A program made the position numbers and the translations under genes. A stretch of 64,000 nucleotides of DNA from assembly GCA_028826165.1 (NCBI GenBank), contig JAPDFW010000102.1:124001-188000 (forward strand), written 5' to 3'. The DNA is from Anaeramoeba ignava BMAN. Taxonomy: Eukaryota > Protista > Anaeramoebae. Every line of letters starts with the position of its first letter. Position 1 is the stretch's first letter. A model generated the notes under the pieces. That model did not search any database, was not told the origin of the DNA, and saw only the letters and a list, made by a program, of their open reading frames with translations. Positions 25,301-35,700 of this stretch are shown one piece after another.

Positions 25301-26475
25301 TATAAATAATTTTATTTAATAATTTAATAAATAATTTTATAAATAATTTTATTTAATATTTTATAATTAATTTTATTTAATATTTTATAATTAATTTTAT
25401 TTAATATTTTATAATTAATTTTATTTAATATTTTATAATTAATTTTATTTAATATTTTATAAATAATTTTATAATTAAATTTATTTAATATTTTATAAAT
25501 AATTTTATAAATAATTTTATAATTAAATTTATTTAATATTTTATAATTAATTTTATTTAATATTTTAATAAATAATTTTATAAATAATTTTATAAATAAT
25601 TTTATAAATAATTTAATAAATAATTTTATAAATAATTTTATAAATAATTTAATAAATAATTTTATAAATAATTTTATAATTAATTTTATAAATAATTTTA
25701 TAAATAATTTAATAATTAATTTTATAAATAATTTTATATTTAATATTTTATAATTAATTTTATATTTAATTTTATAAATAATTTTATATATAATTTTATA
25801 TATAATTTTATAAATAATTTTATAAATAATTTTATATTTAATTTAATAAATAATTTTATTTAATATTTTATAAATAATTTTATAATTAATTTTATAAATA
25901 TTTTATAATTAATTTAATAAATATTTTATTTAATATTTTATAAATAATTTAATAAATAATTTTATAAGCAAATCCTTCTTCAATTTTGTTAATAATTTGT
26001 AAATAAATGAAATGTACATTAAAAATGAATATTTTATTTCATTTTGATTAGTTAAATTATCATTTTTAAGATCATTTGATTGATTATTTTTTTCAATATT
26101 TTCTTTTTTTGAATCAACAGATAAACTTTTAAAAATTAAATTATCATCATTTTTAGTTTCTTGATTAACTTGTAAAAAACTTAAACTATTATTTGGAATT
26201 TTAATAATTTTATTTGAAAATTGACTTGTTGAAATAAAAGATGTTGCTGTTGGTATTTTTGAAAAATGTGAAGGAAAACTCCAATTCCTCATCCCTTCAA
26301 AATTAGGTTTTGGAAGCCATTTAGATAATTTTGTATGCTTTGTTTTTAATTTCTTTGTTTGTTGTTGAAAATTTTCTTTTTGTTCTTTTTGTTCTTTTTG
26401 TTCTTTTTGTTCTTTTTGTTCTTTTTGTTCTTTTTGTTCTTTTTCCTTATTTTTATTTTTATTTATTGAATTCAT
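22347..26475 (-). CDS. EDC4: Enhancer of mRNA decapping 4 (EDC4/Ge-1/Varicose) WD40 protein; exons 26475-26018, 25222-24673, 24578-24235, 24155-~22400 (frameshifts ~23598, ~23456)
   Basis: ITLYKSDYDYNLGRIISVNDRYLCF, HTDSILDLCF, GHTSSITSLSFS..LASSSLDGFVKIW, LITGSENNQEIKLW, CLQTIKF, FDYMIAYSVSQPII and CVHPNSISQY match the Ge-1 WD40 region. The true stop is uncertain. Confidence 0.8.
25225..25970. repeat. Intronic 12-nt pure-AT array (TTTATAAATAAT)
   Basis: Fills EDC4 intron 26017-25223. Confidence 0.9.
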
Positions 26476-26634
26476 TTATTATTAAAATAAATTTCTTATT
26501 TTGTTTCATTTTTTTACTTCATTCATATTTAAAAGAAAGAAATTAAATTGAATTTTTAATTGAAAGAAAAAATAAAAAATGAAAAAAATGAAAAATGAAA
26601 AAATGAAAAATGAAAAATATTTTTTCCGATTTTT

Positions 26635-28005
26635 TTATTTTGAAATTTTTTCTCCCTTTTCTAAATCAATTATTAAAGCATTATTTTTATTCATCCAAAT
26701 TGGTTTTTCAATCAAACCTTTTTGAGCCAAAACTCTAATTTTCCTTCTTTTATTGCCAAACCAAGAAGAAACTTGTTGATTAGACATTTGACATAATTTT
26801 GCAATTCTTTCTTTTTCTTCTTTTTGAACATAAGGACCTTGTTCATCATTATAATGTTTATTGAAATAATCTTGAAGAATTTTCAAAGCTTTTTGAGAAG
26901 GTCTTATTTTTTTTCTTTTGTTTTTTTTGATAATTTTTTCCATTGTTTCTAATACTTTCATATTTAGTTTTCTTTCTGTTTCTTGAAATATATTTTGAAA
27001 TAATTTTTCGTAATTTTTCCCCATTCCAAATTGATCTAGTGAATGATTTGCTAGTTCAAATTTTGCTTTGAATTTTTTTTTTAAATTTTCAAGTTCTTCA
27101 ATTTCTTCTTCAAATTTTTTTTGTAAAGATTGTAAGGCAAATTTAACTGAAATTGAATTAGTTTTTAACATTTGTTTTTCAATATCATTTCGAATTTTTC
27201 CAGTTAAAATAGAAGAGTTTGATTTTTTTTGATTTTGATTTTGATTTTGATTTTGATTTTGATTTTGATTTAAATTTTGATTTTGATTTTGATTTTGATT
27301 TTGATTTTGATTTTGATTTTGATTTTGATTTTGATTTTGAATTTGATTTTGAATTTGATTTTGATTTTGATTTTGATTTTGATTTTGATTTTGATTTTGA
27401 TTTTGATTTTGATTTTGATTTTGATTTTGATTTTGATTTTGATTTTGATTTTGATTTTGATTTTGATTTTGATTTTGATTTTGATTTTGATTTTGATTTT
27501 GATTTTGATTTTGATTTTGATTTTGATTTTGATTTTGATTTTGATTTTGATTTTGATTTTGATTTTGATTTTGATTTTGATTTTGATTTTGATTTTGATT
27601 TTGATTTTGATTTTGATTTTCTTTCATCAAATGATTAATTACTTTTTTGAAAGTTGAACAAAGAGAATCATTTAAATTTTCCCAAGGAATAAATTGTTTT
27701 GAAAAATCATTTTGATTTTGAATTTGATTTTGATTTTGAATTTGAATTTGATTTTGATTTTGATTTTGATTTTCATTTTCATTTTCAATTTCAATTTCAA
27801 TTTTCTTTTTATTTTCAATTTCAATTTCAATTTCTTTTTTAATGTCAATTTCAATGTCACTTTGTTTTAATTCTTCTTTCAATAATATATTTTCTCTTAA
27901 ATCAAAATCATCCCATTCTTCAAAAACATTTTCATTTGGAAAAATTGAAGATTCATAAAGATCATCAATATCAAAAAAATTCCAATTATTTGTAAAAAAT
28001 GACAT
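26635..28005 (-). CDS. TALE-class homeodomain transcription factor, PBX/PBC-like, with poly-(NQ) tract; intronless
   Basis: Homeodomain KIRPSQKALKILQDYFNKHYNDEQGPYVQKEEKERIAKLCQMSNQQVSSWFGNKRRKIR carries the PBX signature WFGNKR. It is preceded by a helical PBC-B-like segment. ATG at 28005. Confidence 0.85.
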   Translation of the reverse strand: MSFFTNNWNFFDIDDLYESSIFPNENVFEEWDDFDLRENILLKEELKQSDIEIDIKKEIEIEIENKKKIEIEIENENENQNQNQNQIQIQNQNQIQNQNDFSKQFIPWENLNDSLCSTFKKVINHLMKENQNQNQNQNQNQNQNQNQNQNQNQNQNQNQNQNQNQNQNQNQNQNQNQNQNQNQNQNQNQNQNQNQNQNQNQNQNQNQNQNQNQNQNQIQNQIQNQNQNQNQNQNQNQNQNQNQNLNQNQNQNQNQNQNQKKSNSSILTGKIRNDIEKQMLKTNSISVKFALQSLQKKFEEEIEELENLKKKFKAKFELANHSLDQFGMGKNYEKLFQNIFQETERKLNMKVLETMEKIIKKNKRKKIRPSQKALKILQDYFNKHYNDEQGPYVQKEEKERIAKLCQMSNQQVSSWFGNKRRKIRVLAQKGLIEKPIWMNKNNALIIDLEKGEKISK

Positions 28006-28194
28006 TGAAAAAAAAAAAAAAAAAAAAAGATCAAAAAAAAAATAAGATCTCAAAGTCAATTTAATATTTCTTGTTTTTCTCTCAAATTAATTTTGTTTTT
28101 TATTATTATTATTATTTTTTTTTCAATGTCAATTTAATGTTTTTTTTCTTTTTGAAAAATTTTTATTTTTTTCTTTCCATTTTTTTTTTTTAAA

Positions 28195-29379
28195 ATGCAA
28201 TTAGAGAAAAACAATAGAAGAAAATCAATAACAACTCAAGCTGAATTTGATTTTGAAAGTTTAATTAGTAAATTTGAAGAAGAAAAAAAAGAAGATCAAA
28301 AGAAATTAAAAAATAAAATTATTCCACTTGTTGGAATTAAAAATATTGGGAATTCTTGTTACATTTCAGCTTCTCTTCAAAATTTAATTCATTCTTTTTT
28401 TGGAGAAAAAATTCTTAAAAAAGATTTACAAAAAGATTTACAAAAAGATTTACAAAAAGAAAAAGTGGAAATTTTTGTTAAATTTCAACAATTTTTAAAA
28501 AAATATTCAAATCAAAAGGATTTTTCAATAATTTCTCCTAAAAATTTAAAAGAAGAAATGTCAAAAATTCTTCTTAATTTGAAATTATCACAACAAGAAG
28601 ATTCTCATGAATTTTTGTGTTTTTTACTTGATAGAATTGATTTGGAATTAAATCCAGAAAATCAAAAAAATCCCTCTTTAGTTTCTAAAATATTTAAAGG
28701 AGAAACAATTGATGAAATTAAATGTTTAAAATGTGAAAAAATATTTACAAAAATTCAATCATTTTTCACAATTTCCATTCCCTTTTTTAAAAAAACCCAA
28801 AAATCAAAATCTTCTCAAGATTCAATTTATAAATCTCAATATTCGCTTTTTTTTGGAAGTTCTCCTTATATTTCTTCAATTCAAGATTGTTTATCTTTAT
28901 TTACTGAAAAGGAAATTCTTGATGAAAAAAATTTACATTTTTGCGAATTTTGTCAAAAAAAAACTCAATCAACAAAACAAACATTTTTTTCAAAACTTCC
29001 AAAAATATTAATTCTTCATTTAAAAAGATTTGTTGTAAAAACAGATCAAAAAAGCAAAAGAATTCATTTGGAAAAAATTCATTTACCAATTAGATTTCCA
29101 ATTAAAAATTTATCATTAGAAAAATTTATGAAAAAAGAAAATTTGGAAAATCAAAGCAATTATCATTATAATCTTATTGGAATAATTAATCATTATGGAG
29201 GATGTTTTGGAGGACATTACACTGCAAATATTTTACAGAAAGAAACTGGAAAATGGATTAATTTTGATGATGATTTTATCAATTCGATCAAAATTGCAAA
29301 TCCTTCAAGATCTGCTTATTTATTTTTTTATCAATTGCAAAAAAAAGAAAATGAACAAGAAAAAGAACGGAGTTTTTAG
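28195..29379 (+). CDS. Ubiquitin-specific protease (peptidase C19), intronless
   Basis: Cys box GIKNIGNSCY, QQEDSHEFL, two CxxC pairs, LPKILILHLKRF, and His box INHYG..GGHYTA...WINFDD. Confidence 0.95.
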   Translation: MQLEKNNRRKSITTQAEFDFESLISKFEEEKKEDQKKLKNKIIPLVGIKNIGNSCYISASLQNLIHSFFGEKILKKDLQKDLQKDLQKEKVEIFVKFQQFLKKYSNQKDFSIISPKNLKEEMSKILLNLKLSQQEDSHEFLCFLLDRIDLELNPENQKNPSLVSKIFKGETIDEIKCLKCEKIFTKIQSFFTISIPFFKKTQKSKSSQDSIYKSQYSLFFGSSPYISSIQDCLSLFTEKEILDEKNLHFCEFCQKKTQSTKQTFFSKLPKILILHLKRFVVKTDQKSKRIHLEKIHLPIRFPIKNLSLEKFMKKENLENQSNYHYNLIGIINHYGGCFGGHYTANILQKETGKWINFDDDFINSIKIANPSRSAYLFFYQLQKKENEQEKERSF

Positions 29380-29516
29380 AAAGAGAAAATTTCTAATTGA
29401 ATCTAAATTAATTCAAGTAAATCTTTATGAAAAAATAATTTTCAAAATTTTTTTAAAAAAAAAATATTTTTTTTTTCATTTTTTTCTTTCTTCATTTTTC
29501 TTTAATTGATTTCATT

Positions 29517-32500
29517 ATGAATTATCTTTGGAAAATTACATCTAAAGTTAAATCAAATAAAAAAGTTGTTGTTGCTTCTGGAGTTGCTATTGGAATTGTT
29601 GGTTATTTTTCATATAAATATTTCTCACAACAAAATCAAATTATGGAAATTGAAAGAATCACAAAAATTTTCCAAAATGAAAAGGAATCTTTTCAACAAA
29701 ACTCAAAAGAAATTAAATTACTTTTTGAGTCTATTAAGAATCGTAAGTATTTCTTAAAATTTAAAATTAAATTTTTAAATTAAATTCTTTTTTATTTTTA
29801 GTTAATGATTCAATTCCAAATGAATTAATTCAAGAAATTATTTCCACTTTTTCTCCATTAATTACTTTTGAAAATTTTAAAACTGATGAAGAAGCTTGTT
29901 ATTTTTTATTTGAAATTTTACAAATTTTCTGTTCAAAAAGTAACATTAAAAAATTTAAAATTTAAAATTCAAAATTCAAAATTTAAATCAAAATTAAATT
30001 TAAAAATCAAGTTGATTCTGTTAAAGAAATTAAATGGGATGATTATATTTTATCCATTTCAAAAAATATGGATTTTTTTATTCAACAAAAACAAACAGAA
30101 CCAAAAATTGCGGATTATGAAGATTATATTGCAAAAGGAATAAAAATTCTTGCGGAAATTGTTAGAATAACACAAAAAAGAGAGAATGTTGAACTTATTC
30201 TTAAAAACACACAAAAAGAAACCTTTTATAAACTTTTTTCAGGAAATCAAGTGCAAATTTCAATTGAAATTTCCAAATTAATGACTTGGATGTCAGAATA
30301 TAATGGAGAAGTTATTAAAGAATTAACTGACGAAAAATTTCTCGTCAAATTGATTGAGTTTTTAAGTTCAGAAAACGAAGAATTGCTGGCAAATATTTGC
30401 TCACTTCTTCGCGATATTGTTTTAAATAATCCAAAAACAATCCCAATTATTATGAAAAACAACACAGTCAATATTTTGAAGAAATTACTCAATTCAAAAT
30501 CAATTGAAGTCAAATGCGATTCAAGTTTAGCGCTTTCAACTATCATGAAAAAATGCGATTTAGAAACCAGTGAATTTGATGCGGATCCAAATTTATTATC
30601 AATTATTCTCAACAATTTCTTTTCCGAAAAGGAAAGTGCCAAAAAATCATCTTTAATTTATTCTGGTTTAGAATTAATTTATTCTTTGGCTTTGCAATCA
30701 AATAAAAACAAAGAATCTATTCGCGAAAATCAGTTCTTTCCTTATATTCTTCGTTGTCTTGAAATACGAAATCAAAGAATAAATAAACTTACTATTCGCA
30801 CAATTAAAATGTTAACAACTAATTCAAAGGTTACTCATAATGTTGATGAATTTTTGAATTTGAATTTATTGGAAATTTTTACAGCAATAATTCCAGAAAT
30901 TAAAGATGATGAAATTTTAAGTGATATTGAAGCTATTATTGGTGATGTTGCTTTTTTAAGTAATTGAATTTTTATACAATTTTTATACAATTTTCAATTC
31001 AATTTTTATACAATTTTTATACAATTTTTAATATTCAATTCAATTCAATTCAATATTCAATTTATTCTTTTTTTAGGTGAAGAAAATAGACGCAAAATTC
31101 AACAAATTGGTCTTTTTGATTTTTTACTCCAAAATCTTTTTTCTAAAAATCCTTCAGTTCAATCAAAATCTGTTTGTGCAATTGCAAATTGTTTATTAAG
31201 CAGTATTTCATTATTTCAATCAAAATCAAAATCAAAATCAAAATTTAAATTCAAAATCAAAATTTAAATTTATAATAAAAATAAAAGTGGATCTTCAATT
31301 AGAACTTTTAAAAAATAATTTATTGCCACAAATAATTGAATTATTAAATTCTGATGAACCAAATTCTAGACTTGGAGCAATGCTTTCAGTTAGACATCTT
31401 GCAGTTTTAGGTTCAGATCCACCAACACAAATTTGGGGTAAAATCAAATATATTTAAATTAAAATTAAATAAAGAATTTAAATTAAAATTAAATAAAAAA
31501 TTTAAATTAAAATTAAATAAATTTAAATTAAAATCGGATAAAAAATTTAAATTAAAATTAAATAAAGAATTTAAATTAAAAATTAAATTTAAATTAAAAT
31601 TAAATAAAAAATTTAAATTAAAATCAGATAAAAAATTTAAATTAAAATCGGATAAATAATTTAAATTAAAATCGGATAAAAAATTTAAATTAAAATTAAA
31701 TAAAAAATTTAAATTAAAATTAAATATAAAATTTAAATTAAAATCGGATAAAAAATTTAAATTAAAATCGGATAAAAAATTTAAATTAAAATTAGATAAA
31801 AAATTTAAATTAAAATTAAATAAAAAATTTAAATTAAAATTAAATAGATAAATAATTTAAATTAAAATTAAATATAAAAATTTAAATTAAAATTAGATAA
31901 AAATTTAAATTAAAATCGGATAAAAATTTAAATTAAAATTGGATAAAAATTTAAATTAAAATCGGATAAAAATTTAAATTAAAATTAAATAAAAAGAATT
32001 TAAATTAAAATCAAATAAAAATTTAAATTTAAATTAAAATTAAATAAAATTTAAAATTAAAATCGGATAAAAAATTAAAATTAAAATTAATTAAAAATTT
32101 AAATTAAATAAATAATTTAAATTAAAATTAAATAAAAAATTTAAATTAAAATTAAATAAAAAATTTAAATTAAAATTAAATAAAGAATTTAAATTAAAAT
32201 TAAATAAAAAATTTAAATTAAAATCAAATATAAAATTTAAATTAAAATCGGATAAAAAATTTAAATTAAAATTAAATAAAATTAAAATTAAATAAAATTA
32301 AAATCAAAAAATATAAAATTTAAATTTAAATTAAAATTAAATAAATTAAAATTAAAATCGGATAAAAAATTAAAATTAAAATTAATTAAAAAATTTAAAT
32401 TAAAATCAAAATGAAAATTTAAATTAAAAAAAAAAGCTGAAAATGCTTCAATTTTAAGTGATCTTCACATTTTAACTGCTTTCGTTCGTTTACAAGAAAA

Positions 32501-32678
32501 AGAACCTAAATTCCAACAATGGATTTTGGAATCAATTTTCCATTTATCAAAACATCGTAAATATTTTTTTAAATTTCAATTTTAATTTTAATTTTAATTT
32601 TTATTTTAATTTTTATTTTAATTTTTAGCTAAATTCCAACAAGAAATTCAAAAATATACTTCAACTTTTAAAGTTTAA
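29517..32678 (+). CDS. Armadillo-repeat protein with N-terminal signal-anchor; exons 29517-29742, 29802-29939, 30012-30959, 31077-31202, 31288-31437, 32437-32556, 32629-32678
   Basis: Hydrophobic anchor VVVASGVAIGIVGYFSY is flanked by lysines. ARM-like units include LIEFLSSENEELLANICSLLRDI, LKKLLNSKSIEVKCDSSLALSTI and LFSKNPSVQSKSVCAIANC. Six phase-1 GT-AG introns preserve the frame. Confidence 0.8.
31440..32430. repeat. Intronic AAAATT-based array with recurrent ATCGGATAAAAA variant
   Basis: Fills intron 31438-32436. Confidence 0.9.
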
Positions 32679-32751
32679 ACCCAATTCAAAACAAAATTTA
32701 CAATAAAATTTCAATTCAAATTTTTCAATTTTAATTTTAATTTTAATTTTA

Positions 32752-35700
32752 TTAATTCAAATTCTCTTTGTTTTCAATAAAATTCCCAATTCTTAAATCT
32801 CCATTTGCTAATCCAACAGCAATAAAACCTTTCTTAATAATTGAAATGGAATAAATCTTTTCTTTTAAATCAAAATTTTTAATTGTTTTCAAATCAACCA
32901 AATTTCTCGCTTCAAGATTGCCTTTTTCTCCACCTAAAAACAAGAAATTCGAATCCTGAGAAATTGCGATTGAATAAATATTTTGGGAGCAAGTGATTTC
33001 TTTTACAAGATAAACATTTATGGTGAACAATCTCAACTTATTTGAATTTTCTGAAAAAGTGACAATATTTCCTTCTTTTGTAATTTTGATGATTGAAATC
33101 GGCTGCTTATCTGTGAGCATTATTGTTTGGAAATGCTTTCCTTTGGTTAGCGAATGGATTATAAGCTTGCCATCAGTTGATCCACTTAAAACAATATCAT
33201 ATTCAATTGAGATTGCAACGCTTTTGACTTCTTTTTCCTGCTCAAAAAAAACATGTTTCGGTTTTTCTTTCACTTTGCCCTCATTTGCATCAAATTCCCA
33301 AACGATCACTGTTGTGTCTTTTGATCCAGTGGCGATATAGTTCCAATCCATGGCTAAGCAGTTGACAATATCGCGATGTTTTGACACAATTTGGGTCATT
33401 TTGTAATTTTCAATTTCGAATATTTTGAACGTGTTATCGCAAAATCCGCCGCAAATCAAATAGTCGGAATTTTTGTCGACGGCGGTGCATTCTTGGAAAT
33501 TATTGAAGTCCTGCGAGAACGAGATTCCGATTTTCTGTTTTTTCTCCAAGTTCTCGTCGATTTCAAACGCGAATTTGGGGTTTTTTCTGTTTGGATCAAA
33601 AAGATCCCATCGATGATTTCCAATGATTCTTTCTTGATCAAATGTGATGATTTTATCGCATTCTTCCACAAGCGATATTTTCTGCAGCATTTTGTAATAA
33701 TTTGTGAATATTATTGGGCTCGTGCTAATTTTGAATTTTGTGGAATGAAAGGATTCCGATGACGAGAGTATGTTTTTCCATTCAAAAGAAGGAAATGATG
33801 ACATTTTCTGATGGATTTCTTCTTTTGTTTGTCTTTTAGGGTGTTTTTTGTTGAATAATTGAACAGGGATTTGTCCGTTTGTTTGGATTCCCCTTTTGAT
33901 TTCTCCCACTTTTTCTTCGTTTAAGTTGGAAAAATCAATGTTTTCTTCATATAAATTTGGATGGAATAAATTATTGGATTTTTTCGCTTCTTCACCCTTT
34001 TGTTTGTATCCAAAAACCAAATCAATCCATTCGTTAAGATGCTCGGAAACATACTCGGATTCAAGGGCTTCCTGATGAATTTGGATGAATTCTTCTGATG
34101 TTTTTGCCCATTTTGGAAGAACAACGTCTTCGATCGCAATTTCTTTTTTATTCAGATTATCATGTTTGAAAATTTTGGGTTTTCTTAGGAAATCCGGAAG
34201 ATGAAAAAATTCTGGGATGAGCTCGCGGAAATCATCGTGATTTGATTTATTGATTGTTTTCCATTCTTCATGAACAGATTTGAAAACAGGGTATTTTTCT
34301 TTTAAACAGATTGACGTAAACGGCTCCAATCTAATTAGATAAGAAGAAACAATTTCGGGATTTGAATAATTTTTCTGGTAGTTGAATTGCATCTCTTTTT
34401 CAGAGCAAATGATGATTCTGTTGTTCAATAATCCGATCGGTTTCGACAAATCGCGAAATATTTTTGGATCGTTTAGATCCAATTTTTCCGATTCGTAATC
34501 TGAAAGAATCCACGGGAAAACAGGATATTGCGAAAGATCCTGGTATGTTCTTCCTGATATTGTGTTCAGATACATCAGATACTCAAAGTTCGTTATTTTT
34601 CTTTTTTGCCATTTCTGTGTCATTCGGCTTTTTTCGATCCATTTTGTTGGTTCATTTCCTGAATAATTATATTTTGATTTTCCGATCGTTATAAATTTGT
34701 TTTTCTCAATTTCTTCGTAAATTTCGTTTCTTTCTTCCACTGTTGGGAAATTGAAAAAGACGCATTTCCTGTTTTCGAAAATGATCTCTAACGCCGAATG
34801 GTTGAAATTGCATCTTCTTTTATGGATTGATTCGACGGTTTCAATTTTCCATAAATAATCTTTTTCTTTTTCTTCGATTTTCTTCAAATCAGCAAAAAAA
34901 CGAACAAGTGTTTTTGTAATTTCAAATCTTCCTTTGATGGTTTTTGTTTTTGAAATGATTTCGCATTTGGATGAAAATAGGATATTTGTTTTTTTCGCTT
35001 TTTGTTTCTTATGCATTTGTTGCTGTTTTTGTTTCTCTTTGATTTCTTGCAATTTCTGTTGATTTTGCAACAATTTATCTGAAATTTCAGTTATTTTTGA
35101 TTTTGTTTTTTGGTTCAATTTGATCAAGTTTAGTTTCTCGTTTGGATTCTGGTTTTCTTTTGAGTAAAATTTGATTTTCTTCTGTCTTCTTGTTTCATCT
35201 TCAATATCTGAAAGTTTAATATAAAAATTCAATTTTTCAACTTGATAATCCAAAATACTCATTTCATTTGCGCTCCATGGATACTTCCCCAAAATGGAGT
35301 TTTCTACCATTTTTTTGAATCGTTGCAGATGAATCAAGACTTTTCTTTGATTAATCTCCAATTTCAATTTTCTGATTGTTTCTTTTAAAACTAAGTTTTT
35401 CTTTTCGTTTTCAATTTGGATCGAAAACGTTTCAATTTGTTTTTGTTTTTTTTCATGGAACGAATTTTCCAAATAGAAGATGTTATTTGATTGAATCTTG
35501 ATAAATTCCTTTTCATTTTCTTGGATATCTTCTGATATTTTTTGAATAATTGGGAAGAAAATATTCTTCGTTATTTTTTTGAACTCTTCTTTCATAATTT
35601 CTTTTTCAAAAATTTCGATATCTTGACTTGTGAACACAAAAGAATCTTGAGATTTTTTGGAAAGCAAAGCTTGTTTTTTGTTTTGGTTTGCAAATAAACG

